Source: an uncultured Chloroflexia bacterium
GTDB lineage: Bacteria; Chloroflexota; Limnocylindria; Limnocylindrales; CSP1-4
Assembly: GCA_963713975.1 (NCBI GenBank)
Contig: OY970218.1
Span: forward strand, 1,760,001-1,824,000
Length of the DNA stretch: 64,000 nt
Direction of reading: 5' to 3'
Shown: piece by piece, positions 9,585 through 19,179 of the stretch
How the letters are laid out: each line of letters starts with the position of its first letter
Position numbering within the stretch: position 1 is the stretch's first letter
Translations under genes and position numbers: made by a program
Notes under the pieces: model-generated
Seen by the model: only the letters and a program-made list of their open reading frames with translations
The model's database searches: none
Told to the model about the DNA's origin: nothing

Positions 9585-10296
9585 CGACCACCGCCCATGC
9601 GACGCCCGCCATGATGGCGGCGGTGCCGCCGCCGAGCAGCACCGAGATCGCACGCGTCGTGCCCCTGCGGCCGGCACCGAGCAGGCGCATCGCCTCCGCC
9701 GGCTCCAGGTTGGTGACCACCAGCGGCCGCCCCATGCCCGGCCGCATGATGGTGCCGCGCTCGGGGTCGACGGTCGGGACGCCGAGCACGCGCGCATGAT
9801 CGACGCTGGTCAGCAGCTCGATGCGCACTCGGGCTGGTGTTTCCGGCCGCGTGCCGGGAGGCACCCGGTCTGCGATCCCCTCGAGATCGGCCGCTGTCCC
9901 CACGGACTCCCGGCTGACCACGACCAGGCCATCGGCCAGGGCGTCCCCGTCCACGGCGATCCGGTCCAGTCCCTCGCTGATCCCGAACGGCGCGACCTTC
10001 CGCACGTCCTCGAACGACGTCCAGCGTCGGCCCGCGCGCAGCTCCAGGCGCGTGCGCCGGTAGACCAGTGGGCGCTGGTTCTCGTCCTCGAACTCCTCGG
10101 CGGAGTCCACGCGACCGGCGACCGCGACATATCGGATGTCACCCCGATCCGCGAGCTCCTTGGCACGGGAGACCGGGACCAGTGGCGTTGCGGCCAGGAT
10201 CTGCCCGATGCGCGCACCCGGGCCCATCCGCCGCAGGAGGACCCAGCCCGCCGCGAGCGCAACGAACCCGGCGACGACGAGGGCGAGGGGGATCAC
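9571..10296 (-). CDS. Membrane protein with two TMs flanking a soluble domain, GIDE-like architecture
   Basis: N-terminal TM, YVAVAGRV...PLVYRR...W...PFGI core, C-terminal TM; family call tentative. Confidence 0.65.
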   Translation of the reverse strand: MIPLALVVAGFVALAAGWVLLRRMGPGARIGQILAATPLVPVSRAKELADRGDIRYVAVAGRVDSAEEFEDENQRPLVYRRTRLELRAGRRWTSFEDVRKVAPFGISEGLDRIAVDGDALADGLVVVSRESVGTAADLEGIADRVPPGTRPETPARVRIELLTSVDHARVLGVPTVDPERGTIMRPGMGRPLVVTNLEPAEAMRLLGAGRRGTTRAISVLLGGGTAAIMAGVAWAVVDALV

Positions 10297-10456
10297 GGGG
10301 CGATGATCGCACACACGGGCGACCCGCCCGCTCGTCGGCCAGGCCGGGAATCAACGGCGCCGGCCGGGAATCAATTGCCCGAAGGAACCTACTCGACGCA
10401 TGGACCTTGATGTCATCGCGGCCGTTAGCATCGCTCAGCCCCTTCGGGCTCGATCA

Positions 10457-10485
10457 ACGCTACGGGGTCGACGGGACGAGGTCAA
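10457..10485 (-). promoter_or_regulatory. Sigma70-type promoter TTGACC-N17-TAGCGT
   Basis: Minus strand reads TTGACC tcgtcccgtcgaccccg TAGCGT. Confidence 0.65.
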
Positions 10486-10572
10486 CGCACTTATCCACCC
10501 CGCACCGGGCAATCGGTCGCGAGTTGTGCACCATCCGTCCACGGGCGCCGTGCGCGACGTCTCCGGACCCGG

Positions 10573-11145
10573 TCAGCCCACCCCGCGACCGGTCGCCGGA
10601 TCCAGGGCCCTGACCTCGCCCGAGAAGCTCGTCAGCACCAGGCTGCCGCCCACCAGCTCAGCGTCGGTGACGACATCGGACTGGGCGACCCGCCAGGCGA
10701 CCTCGCCGTCGGGCCGCACGGCGAAGGTCTCGATCTCGGCCTGGACGAGCACGTGGGGCAGGCGAGAGGAGCCCAGGATCACCGCGATGGGGGAAGCCGA
10801 CCGATGGGTCCAGCGGAGCTCGCCCGAGCGGGCCTCGAAGGCGTAGGCGTGGAAGCCGTACTTGAGGACCAGGAGCCCCTCCGTGTCCCACAGGAGGCCC
10901 GCCGGCGCATCGTGGATGAGCGACGCCAGCCGCACCGTCCACGGTCCCGACGGGGTTTCCACCCGGACCTCAGCGCGACAGCGGCGGTCCGGCTCGGAGC
11001 CGGTCAGCTCGCCCAGGTCCACGAGCGGGCCGCCGGCCTCGGTCAGCGCGAACACGGCATCGGCCTCACCACTGCCCGCCCAGCGGATGGCAGCGCGGAT
11101 GCCGCCGGGGAACGCGATGACGGCGTGGCGAGGCTCTGCCGGCAC
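10573..11145 (-). CDS. PQQ-like beta-propeller repeat protein
   Basis: AYAFEARSGELRW, AVRPDGEVAW, ALDPATG repeats. Confidence 0.7.
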   Translation of the reverse strand: MPAEPRHAVIAFPGGIRAAIRWAGSGEADAVFALTEAGGPLVDLGELTGSEPDRRCRAEVRVETPSGPWTVRLASLIHDAPAGLLWDTEGLLVLKYGFHAYAFEARSGELRWTHRSASPIAVILGSSRLPHVLVQAEIETFAVRPDGEVAWRVAQSDVVTDAELVGGSLVLTSFSGEVRALDPATGRGVG

Positions 11146-11155
11146 GTCGCGGGCC

Positions 11156-11731
11156 CTAGGAGGCGGGGTCGGACGGCGGGACCGGCGATGCGCTGAGGCC
11201 AGCGTCCTCCGCCAGCACGTCGGCCTGGCGGCGCTCCTCGCAGATCGGCGCGACATGTGCGTTGGACAGCATCCGCAGGGTCGCCGGCGGTACCGGGAAC
11301 ACCGCCGTCGGGGTTCCGGCGGCGGCCCAGACCACCTGGAACCGGCCGAGGTCGGGGTCCATGACCACGCGGACCGGACGCCCGTGGCCGATGGGCGGGA
11401 TCCCGCCGATGGTGAACCCCGTGAGCTCGCGGGCCTCGGTCGCCGTGGCTCTCCGCACGTCAGGCTCGCCGGTCACGGCGGCAAGCCGGGCGAGATCCAC
11501 CCGATTGGGACCGGACACCAGGCACAGGACCGGCTCGAGGGCGCCTTCGCCCGCCGGCGCCACGAAGACCAGCGACTTCACGATCTGGCCCAGCTCCGCA
11601 CCGACGGCCGCCGCGGCCTCCTCGGCGGTGTGCGTGGACTCGGAGAAGACGTGGACATCGAGCTCGACGCCCTTGCGCGCCGCCGCGTCGATGACCCGCT
11701 GGGTCGGGGAGGGGGAGAGCGTCTCGGACAC
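11156..11731 (-). CDS. YbaK/EbsC family aminoacyl-tRNA deacylase
   Basis: THTAEEAAAAVG, QIVKSLVF, TGFTIGGIPPIGH, WAAAG motifs. Confidence 0.92.
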   Translation of the reverse strand: MSETLSPSPTQRVIDAAARKGVELDVHVFSESTHTAEEAAAAVGAELGQIVKSLVFVAPAGEGALEPVLCLVSGPNRVDLARLAAVTGEPDVRRATATEARELTGFTIGGIPPIGHGRPVRVVMDPDLGRFQVVWAAAGTPTAVFPVPPATLRMLSNAHVAPICEERRQADVLAEDAGLSASPVPPSDPAS

Positions 11732-11793
11732 GGCGAAGAGGATACCTTGCGGGCGCCGCCCGCCGGACCGTGGAGGCGGGTACGATCGCGGCG

Positions 11794-12540
11794 ATGCCAG
11801 ATCCCCGCGACCACCACTCGGAGCCTCCCGCGGCATCCCGGCACATCGTCGTCGTGGCCGACGGCGACGTGCCTTCGCGCGTGGCGCTCGATGCGGCGTG
11901 GCCGGGCTGGGCGGACGGCATCGCGCTCGTCATCGCCGCCGACGGCGGGCTCCCACGGGCCCGGCGCCTGGGCCTTGTCCCCGAGGTCTTGGTGGGCGAC
12001 CTGGACTCGCTCGACCCCGTCCTTGCCGCCGAGGCGGCCGCCGCCGGGATCGCCGTGGTCCGGGCACCCGCGGACAAGGACGAGTCGGACACAGAGCTCG
12101 CGCTGCTGGAGGCGGTCCGCCGAGGGGCGACCCGGGTCACGCTGCTGGGCGCCTTCGGGGGGTCGCGCGTGGATCACGCGCTGGCGAACCTCTGGCTCCT
12201 GGCGCACCCGGGCCTCGTGGGGGTGGACCTTGTCCTGCTCGACGATCGGACGCGGGCGTGGCTGATCACGGCCCCCGCGCCGGGCGGTGGGCCTGCCGTC
12301 CATCCGCTGCCCGGACCCATCGGGGCCACGGTCTCCCTGCTGCCCCATGGCGGCGACGTGAGCGGGATCACGACCACTGGCCTGCGCTACCCGCTGCGTG
12401 ACGAGCCCCTTGTCGTGGGGCCCGCTCGAGGGTTGTCCAACGTGCGCATCGCGCCGGACGCGGGCATCACCGTGCGGGCCGGGCGCCTCCTGGTCGTCGA
12501 GACGGCCTTCGCCCCGGCGGGGCTATCCTCCGGGGCATGA
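11794..12540 (+). CDS. thiN: Thiamine diphosphokinase
   Basis: IAADGG, VGDLDS, DKDESDTELAL, GSRVDHALAN, GLRYPL, GLSN. Confidence 0.93.
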   Translation: MPDPRDHHSEPPAASRHIVVVADGDVPSRVALDAAWPGWADGIALVIAADGGLPRARRLGLVPEVLVGDLDSLDPVLAAEAAAAGIAVVRAPADKDESDTELALLEAVRRGATRVTLLGAFGGSRVDHALANLWLLAHPGLVGVDLVLLDDRTRAWLITAPAPGGGPAVHPLPGPIGATVSLLPHGGDVSGITTTGLRYPLRDEPLVVGPARGLSNVRIAPDAGITVRAGRLLVVETAFAPAGLSSGA

Positions 12541-13022
12541 GCATGCCGCAGGCCGGCGACCAGGCCCCCGAGGTCGCGCTACCCGACGAGCAGGGCCGAA
12601 CCCACACGCTCTCGGACCGCCGGGGCTCGTGGACGGTCGTCTACTTCTATCCCAAGGACGACACGCCGGGCTGCACCACCGAGGCCTGCGGGTTCCGGGA
12701 CGTGGATGCCGAGATCGCCGGCCTCGACGCGGAGGTCTGGGGCATCAGCCCGGACGGTGCCGGCAGCCACGCCGCGTTCCGGGCCCGGTACGGCCTCCCG
12801 TTCACGCTGCTGTCCGACGAGGACCACGCGGTCGCCGAGGCGTTCGGGGCCTGGGGCGAGAAGGTGAACTACGGCAGGACCTACATGGGGATCATCCGGT
12901 CGAGCTTCCTGATCGACCCGGAGGGACGTATCGTGCGAGCCTGGCCGCGAGTCCAGGCAGACGGCCACGCGGGTCAGGTCCTCGACGCGCTGCGTGCTGC
13001 CCGGGAGGCCGGCGGCGCCTGA
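12537..13022 (+). CDS. bcp: Thioredoxin-dependent peroxiredoxin (BCP)
   Basis: YFYPKDDTPGCTTEACGFRD, GISPD, LLSD, RSSFLIDPEG. Confidence 0.95.
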   Translation: MSMPQAGDQAPEVALPDEQGRTHTLSDRRGSWTVVYFYPKDDTPGCTTEACGFRDVDAEIAGLDAEVWGISPDGAGSHAAFRARYGLPFTLLSDEDHAVAEAFGAWGEKVNYGRTYMGIIRSSFLIDPEGRIVRAWPRVQADGHAGQVLDALRAAREAGGA

Positions 13023-13032
13023 TCGCGGGCAC

Positions 13033-13070
13033 GAAAAGACCTCGCCCGTGGGGGGAGACGAGCGAGGTCT
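13033..13070 (-). terminator. Minus-strand intrinsic-terminator-like hairpin with C-rich loop
   Basis: AGACCTCGCTCGT-CTCCCCCC-ACGGGCGAGGTCT-TTTC; the G-U pair and U-tract work only on the minus strand. Confidence 0.6.
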
Positions 13071-13168
13071 CGACGGGCAATCTAGCACAACGCATCGACC
13101 GGCAGCGTGCGACGCGGGCCCCCGTGGGAGCGCGACACGACACCAGTCCAGCGCAGAGGTAGCAGAGC

Positions 13169-13933
13169 ATGGCGGACACGGCGCCCAGGACGGCAGACTC
13201 ATGGCGGCCGCAGCGGTTCATGGTCATCGTCGCGCACCCGGACGACGCCGACTTCGGACCCGCGGCGACGGCGGCGCGCTGGATCGACCAGGGCTCCGAG
13301 GGGTGGCTGGTGTGCTGCACCAGCGGCGATGCGGGCGCCGACGACTGGCAGACCGACCCGATCGAGCTGGCCACCGTCCGTGAGGCCGAGCAGCGGGTCG
13401 CCGCGGCGGTCGTCGGCTACGCAGGCATCTCGTTCCTGCACCAGCCGGATGGGGCCCTGGCCAATGACCTGGCGCTCCGGGAGCACCTCGTACGCGAGAT
13501 CCGGACCTTCCGCCCGGACGCGGTGCTTGCCGTGGATCCGGAGACCCTGTTCTACTCGGACGGCGGGGTGAACCATGCGGACCACCGCGAGGCAGGCATG
13601 GCGGCCGTGGACGCCGTCTACCCCGCCGCACGCAACGCGATGGCCTTCCCGTGGCTGGCCCGCGACGGACTGGCACCCCACATCGTGCGGCGGTTGTACC
13701 TGTTCTGGTCGAACCATCCGTCGGCATGGATCGACGTCACGGCCACCATCGGGCGCAAACTCGACGCCCTGCGTGCCCATCCAAGCCAGATCCGTGAGCC
13801 CGAGGCGCTGGAGCCACGCATCCGGGAGTGGGCCCGGGACGAGGGCGCGTCGATCGGCACGGAGGCCGCCGAGGCGTTCCGCGTGATCGTGATCGAGGAG
13901 GACGCCGAGGAGGAGGAGGCCCGACCGGCGTGA
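13169..13933 (+). CDS. PIG-L/LmbE family deacetylase
   Basis: VAHPDDADF, TSGDAG, REAEQ, NHADH motifs. Confidence 0.92.
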   Translation: MADTAPRTADSWRPQRFMVIVAHPDDADFGPAATAARWIDQGSEGWLVCCTSGDAGADDWQTDPIELATVREAEQRVAAAVVGYAGISFLHQPDGALANDLALREHLVREIRTFRPDAVLAVDPETLFYSDGGVNHADHREAGMAAVDAVYPAARNAMAFPWLARDGLAPHIVRRLYLFWSNHPSAWIDVTATIGRKLDALRAHPSQIREPEALEPRIREWARDEGASIGTEAAEAFRVIVIEEDAEEEEARPA

Positions 13934-13960
13934 GGCCGCCCGGCGGTGGCCGGGGGTTGG

Positions 13961-15688
13961 TCAGGGTGCCAGCAGCGCCGGTCGCATCCGGCCCCAGGCG
14001 TTCCAGACGTCCGCGAGGTCCGTCGCCCGTCCGCCGAGCGCGTCCACCATCCGCCCGAGCGACAGGTCGCCCGCCTGGTCGGCGAGCCACTCGTCGGCGG
14101 CCACGACGGCTCCCGCATAGAGGGCGGCGATATCCGAGTCCCGCGGCCAGGTCCGGATGCGCATCCGGTCCAGGCCCGCGTAGCCCACGGCGAGCGACAG
14201 ATCGCGAGGTGCGGGCACCCTCTCGTCCGCGAATCCGCCCAGGCCGTCGAAGCGGAACCCGAGCGCGGACAGGGCCTTCACGATGTCGCGGCTCTCGGTG
14301 TGGCCGAACAGGTGCCAGAAGGGGTCGTCATCCGGGAGGTCCAGGTAGCCGTCCTCGATGGCCCGGGCGACGATGGCGTCCACGAGACGTGCAAGGTGCA
14401 TCTGCCACTCGTGCTCGGCCCCTGGGTCGCCGGCGGCAAGGACCGCGACCACCTGGTCACGCGCAGCGCGGTCACCGCCAAGGATGCGCACGATGACCGG
14501 CAGCCCGGTGAGGCGGTCCCAGGGCGATCCCTCGTCGGCAGGTCCAGGCATCTCGGGCTGCTCGAGTGGCCAGGCCTTCTCGAACGGGTGGGGGTCCTCG
14601 GGCGGCGGGGGGATCGGCATCCGTGCGCGAGCCTGCTCCTCATCGCAGCCCGCCAGCCCTTCACGCGCCGCGTGGCATCGCTCCTCGGAGTTCTCGGCCG
14701 AGATCCGGGCCGCATTCGCCTCCGCTTCGAGACGGTCAAGGGCAGGGAGCTGGGACCGCATCTCGGCGTTGCCCGCATCAAGGATCCGGAGCGCCTCGCG
14801 GACCGCCGCGTTGAGCTTGTTGATCTCCGCCAGCCAGGCGCGCGCCGCGGCCTCGGTCTCCTCCGAGGTTCCGGCATGGTCGCTCGCGGCCCGGAACTCC
14901 GCGTGGAGTCGCTCCTTGGCTGTCGCGACCTGGCGGGGATCGGCCTGGGCACCGGCCCGTTCCACCTTCTCCCGCAGGACGTCGTAGGCGCGCTGCGCAT
15001 CGCGCAGGGTGTCGGCAGCGCGCCGTGCCTGCTCGCGGGCCAGCTGTGCGAGCGCACAGCGCTCATCGACGATCCGTCGGGCGCCGGCGCAGGGATCGGT
15101 CTGGCCCTCCGCCACGGGCTGGGTGGCGGACGGTTCAGGGATCACCGCCGCAGGTTGCGGGTCGCCCGCCGGATCGGACGCCGCACGGGGCTCGACCCCA
15201 CGTGGAGCCCCTGGCCCGACCGCGACCACCTCGGCAGCGAGCACCGTACGGGCCATGGCCACCGGCGGACGGGGGCGTGCGAGGGTCGTGAAGCCGTCGT
15301 CACACCCGGGTGGCGGAAGCCCGACCAGTACAGCCGGCCGTGGGGCCACGATCGTTGCGGCTAGAACGCGCGTTCCAGCCAGGTGGACCGTGGACAGTTC
15401 TCCGGCGGGGGGCATGGGGGCGTTCGGCGCCGCTGTTGGTCGCATCCCTTGGGGGGCTTCGTCGAGGCCTACCGCGACCGGGGAACCCGGGATCGGTCCC
15501 GGATACGCGGCCCCGACGGGAACGGCGAGCGTGTGGGCGCGCCGGGGAGGTATCGCGTTCGGGGTGATCGTGACGCGGACCTCACTGCGCTGGGGTGACC
15601 GGTGACGCGCGAACAGCGCGAGCGCGGCACCTACCGCCGTGCCCAGCACGATGCCCAGGGCCAGTAGCGGGATCTCGGAGGGGCTCAC
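13961..15688 (-). CDS. Hypothetical membrane-anchored coiled-coil protein
   Basis: AGGAG RBS before GTG; N-terminal TM, Pro-rich linker, long Ala/Glu/Arg coiled coil, globular C-terminus. Confidence 0.7.
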   Translation of the reverse strand: MSPSEIPLLALGIVLGTAVGAALALFARHRSPQRSEVRVTITPNAIPPRRAHTLAVPVGAAYPGPIPGSPVAVGLDEAPQGMRPTAAPNAPMPPAGELSTVHLAGTRVLAATIVAPRPAVLVGLPPPGCDDGFTTLARPRPPVAMARTVLAAEVVAVGPGAPRGVEPRAASDPAGDPQPAAVIPEPSATQPVAEGQTDPCAGARRIVDERCALAQLAREQARRAADTLRDAQRAYDVLREKVERAGAQADPRQVATAKERLHAEFRAASDHAGTSEETEAAARAWLAEINKLNAAVREALRILDAGNAEMRSQLPALDRLEAEANAARISAENSEERCHAAREGLAGCDEEQARARMPIPPPPEDPHPFEKAWPLEQPEMPGPADEGSPWDRLTGLPVIVRILGGDRAARDQVVAVLAAGDPGAEHEWQMHLARLVDAIVARAIEDGYLDLPDDDPFWHLFGHTESRDIVKALSALGFRFDGLGGFADERVPAPRDLSLAVGYAGLDRMRIRTWPRDSDIAALYAGAVVAADEWLADQAGDLSLGRMVDALGGRATDLADVWNAWGRMRPALLAP

Positions 15689-15969
15689 GACTCTCCTGTG
15701 CCTGGCCCGCGCTCGGTTCGTCGGGCCGACGCCAGCGTCAGCTGCGCCCCCCGGCGACGTCAACCTCGCGCGCGCACGTTGGCGCGCGCTTCGTTCGTAC
15801 CCGCCTGATGGGCCTGGCCTGGCCCACTGGACGGTCCGAAACGTGCCCAATGGCCCCCCACGCTATGCACGGCTCCTCCCGGCTTGGTAATCTCCCCCGG
15901 ACCGGCGGCGTTCCCGCCGTGGTTTCCGTCGCCCTGCCTCGCTCACCGCAGGAAAGGCACGACTGCTTC

Positions 15970-17805
15970 GTGACCCTCGATCAGTCCCAGGAGTTCCTCG
16001 TCCAGCCCGTGGACGCGTCCTGGCTCCAGTGCAACATCGAGTGCCAGGAGGCCTGTCCCGTCGGCACCAACTGCCGGGGCTACCTCAACCTCGCCGCCGA
16101 AGGGCGGTTCGAGGAGGGCTATCTGCTCGCGCGCGAACCCAACCCGGTCGCGGCGATGTGCTCCTATGTCTGCTCGGCCCCCTGCGAGCGGGCGTGCCGT
16201 CGTGGCGACATCGATCGCCCGCTGGCCATCCGTGCGATGAAGCGCTTCCTGGTCGAGTGGCATGAGGCCTCCGGGATCCCCGACGTGATGCCGCAGATCA
16301 CGCCGCGCGAGGAGCGCGTGGCCGTCATCGGCGCGGGACCCGCGGGCCTCGCGGTGTCGCGTGAGCTCGCCACCCGCGGCTACCAGGTGACCGTCTACGA
16401 CAGCCTGCCGTTCGGCGGGGGGACGATGCTCATCGGCGTCCCCGCCTTCCGCCTGCCGCGGGAAGCCATCGAGATGGACGTCCGGCTCGTCGAGCGGCTC
16501 GGCGTCCGCTTCGTCTTCGACACGACGATCGGGATCGACATCCCGTTCGAGGACCTGCAGCGGGACTACGACGCGATCGCGATCACGGCGGGTGCCATGA
16601 ACCCGGTCTACCTGGACGTGCCCGGGGCCGACCTCGATGGCGTGAAGTACGGCATCGACTTCATGAAGCTCGCCAACCTCGGCCAGGAGCTGACGGTCGG
16701 CCGCAGCGTGGTCGTCATCGGCGGCGGCTACACGGCCATGGACTGCTCGCGCACGAGCCTGCGCTACGGGGCCGAGAACGTCACGATCGCCTATCGCCGG
16801 ACCCGCTCGGAGCTCGTCGTGGACGAGGAGGAGCTGGGCGAGACGGAGCGGGAGGGCGTCAACCTCGAGTTCCTGGTGAGCCCCATGGAGCTGGTGGGCG
16901 AGGACGGCAGGCTGACCGGCGTGCGGTTCATCCGCAACAAGCTGGGCGAGCCGGACGCATCGGGGCGCCGCTCCCCGATCCCGATCCAGGGATCGGAGTT
17001 CATCGTCCCCGCCGACACCGTCATCCCCGCGGTCTCCCAGGCCGCCGACCTCTCGTTCCTGCCCGTGGACGGCAGCTTCGAGGTCAACCGCGGACGCCTC
17101 AAGGTGGACCCGGCGACGTACGCGACCAACGTCCGCGGCGTCTTTGCCTGTGGTGACTTCGTGACCGGCCCGACCACCCTGATCGAGTCCGCCGGCCACG
17201 GCAAGAAGGCCGCCTACGCGATCGACCGCTACCTCGCGGGCCGGACCGATGTCACCGTCACACCCAACGTCCGGATCACGAGCTCCTGGCGCCACGACAT
17301 GCCGGAGTTCTACGACGTGCTCCCGCGCCAGCACATCCCGATGGTGGACCTGCCGGCCCGGATGCCGTCCGTGGAGCCGTCGGTCAACTTCTCCACCCCG
17401 GTGGAGCTCGGCTACGACACGACGGCGGCGGTGGCCGAGTCCACGCGCTGTCTCATGTGCAACTACAACATCTGGTTCGACCCGTTCCGGTGCGTGCTGT
17501 GCGGCGCCTGTGCCGACGTGTGCCCGGAGGGGGTCATCCACATGGTGGACGTGAACCAGCTCAAGACGGAGGGTCTCCTGCCCGAGGTCGAGGAGGCCTA
17601 CGGCTGGTCGCAGGGGGCGGCCATGATCCTCGACGAGGAGCGGTGCATCCGCTGCGCCCTGTGCGTCAAGCGGTGTCCCTTCGATGCCATCACCATGGAG
17701 CGGTTCGAGCTCCAGGAGATCTCGAGCGACGGCCGGCTCTACAAGGAGTCGTACCGTGATGCCCAACTCGCCGGAACCGCCGGCGTGGCAGGAGGAGCCA
17801 GGTGA
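15970..17805 (+). CDS. NAD(P)-dependent FAD/FeS oxidoreductase (GltD/DsrL/NfnB-like) with C-terminal 2x[4Fe-4S] domain
   Basis: CQEACP...C and CSYVCSAPCERAC clusters; VIGAGPAG; VIGGGYTAMD...AYRR; GDF; RCLMC; CVLCGACADVCP and CIRCALCVKRCP. Confidence 0.92.
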   Translation: MTLDQSQEFLVQPVDASWLQCNIECQEACPVGTNCRGYLNLAAEGRFEEGYLLAREPNPVAAMCSYVCSAPCERACRRGDIDRPLAIRAMKRFLVEWHEASGIPDVMPQITPREERVAVIGAGPAGLAVSRELATRGYQVTVYDSLPFGGGTMLIGVPAFRLPREAIEMDVRLVERLGVRFVFDTTIGIDIPFEDLQRDYDAIAITAGAMNPVYLDVPGADLDGVKYGIDFMKLANLGQELTVGRSVVVIGGGYTAMDCSRTSLRYGAENVTIAYRRTRSELVVDEEELGETEREGVNLEFLVSPMELVGEDGRLTGVRFIRNKLGEPDASGRRSPIPIQGSEFIVPADTVIPAVSQAADLSFLPVDGSFEVNRGRLKVDPATYATNVRGVFACGDFVTGPTTLIESAGHGKKAAYAIDRYLAGRTDVTVTPNVRITSSWRHDMPEFYDVLPRQHIPMVDLPARMPSVEPSVNFSTPVELGYDTTAAVAESTRCLMCNYNIWFDPFRCVLCGACADVCPEGVIHMVDVNQLKTEGLLPEVEEAYGWSQGAAMILDEERCIRCALCVKRCPFDAITMERFELQEISSDGRLYKESYRDAQLAGTAGVAGGAR

Positions 17806-18530
17806 GCTTCCTAGAGCGGGTCGACCAGAGCATCCGGCGGAGCCCGGTGTGGCGGTCGATCTTCCGCAACCCGTACCCGGACGACGAGCGGTCGCGCGCG
17901 TACGCGGTGATGAACAACGTGTTCCTGCACCTGCACCCGGTGCGGGTGCGGCAGCACGCGGTCAAGTTCGCCTACACGTTCTGCCTGGGCGGACTGTCCT
18001 TCTTCCTGTTCCTCGTGCTCACGGTCACCGGCGTGTACCTGATGTTCTTCTACATCCCGTCGGAGACCCAGGCCTACTCGAACATCCTGGAGATCCAGTC
18101 ACGGGTGGTGTTCGGCCTGCTCACGCGGAACGTCCACCGGTGGGCGGCCCACCTGATGGTGTTCTTCGTGTTCCTGCACATGATGCGGGTCTTCTACCAC
18201 GGCGCCTACAAGCCGCCGCGCGAGTTCAACTGGGTCGTCGGGGTCGTGCTCCTGTTCCTGACGATCATGCTCAGCTTCACCGGCTACTTGCTGCCCTGGG
18301 ACCAGATCGCCTACTGGGCCATCACCATCGGCACCAACATGGCCGGCTACGCGCCGCTGTTCAACACCCCGTCCAAGCTGCTGCTCCTGGGCGGCATCGA
18401 GGTGGGCCAGAACACGCTGTTGCGCTTCTATGTGCTCCACATCATGGTCTTCCCGCTTGTTGCGGCCATCTTCCTCGCGGTCCACTTCTGGCGGATCCGC
18501 AAGGACGGTGGCATCAGCGGCCCGCTCTGA
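17802..18530 (+). CDS. Cytochrome b6-type subunit of a Rieske/cyt b complex
   Basis: FCLGG (heme ci Cys position), VHRWAAH...LHMMRVFYHGAYKPPREFNW, TGYLLPWDQ, H-x14-H in helix D. Confidence 0.95.
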   Translation: MSFLERVDQSIRRSPVWRSIFRNPYPDDERSRAYAVMNNVFLHLHPVRVRQHAVKFAYTFCLGGLSFFLFLVLTVTGVYLMFFYIPSETQAYSNILEIQSRVVFGLLTRNVHRWAAHLMVFFVFLHMMRVFYHGAYKPPREFNWVVGVVLLFLTIMLSFTGYLLPWDQIAYWAITIGTNMAGYAPLFNTPSKLLLLGGIEVGQNTLLRFYVLHIMVFPLVAAIFLAVHFWRIRKDGGISGPL

Positions 18531-18545
18531 GCCGAGGCTGACGAG

Positions 18546-19163
18546 ATGACCGACACCAAGTCGCCGAACGAGACGCGGGTGGTCCTGCCCGTCGACCCGG
18601 CGCGGCGGACGGAGATCGACAAGCAGCGCGTGCCCATGTCGGCGCGCCCCTACCGCCTGCTGGCCCTGGTCAAGCAGGACGCGGTCGTCCGGGTCCAGAA
18701 GGAGCCCGACGACACGGTCATGACCTGGCCGCACCTGCTCACCATCGAGTTCATGGCGGCCGCGGTCATGAGCGTGTTCCTGCTGCTCATGGGCCTGTTC
18801 GTCAACGCCCCCCTCGAGGACCTGGCCAACGGCAACGTCACGCCGGCCGTGGCCAAGGCCCCGTGGTACTTCCTGGGCCTCCAGGAGCTGCTCGCCTACT
18901 TCCACCCGACCGTCGCGGGCGTCCTCGTCCCGACCTTCGTCCTGGTGGGCGCCGCCCTCATCCCGTTCATCGACCGTGGCAACATCCACGCCCACCGGCC
19001 GTCGGACCGCAAGACCGCCGTCGTGCTGTTCTCGCTGTTCTGCGTGCTCGGCCTGTTCGTCACCTTCGTCGCGATCTTCTTCCGGGGTCCCGGCTACTCG
19101 TTCGTCATCCCGTACCTCGAGTTCTTCTCGATCGGGACGCCGGGCCTCCACTTCGCCCTCTGA
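18546..19163 (+). CDS. Cytochrome b subunit IV (PetD/QcrC-like)
   Basis: TWPHLL, TP..AKAPWYFLGLQELL (PEWY equivalent), LIPFIDR; 3 TMs. Confidence 0.9.
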   Translation: MTDTKSPNETRVVLPVDPARRTEIDKQRVPMSARPYRLLALVKQDAVVRVQKEPDDTVMTWPHLLTIEFMAAAVMSVFLLLMGLFVNAPLEDLANGNVTPAVAKAPWYFLGLQELLAYFHPTVAGVLVPTFVLVGAALIPFIDRGNIHAHRPSDRKTAVVLFSLFCVLGLFVTFVAIFFRGPGYSFVIPYLEFFSIGTPGLHFAL

Positions 19164-19179
19164 TCCGAAGGAACGAGGC

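Noticed and set aside
10490-10545. Replication origin
   Set aside because: Only one near-consensus DnaA box, no AT-rich unwinding element, no dnaA/dnaN nearby
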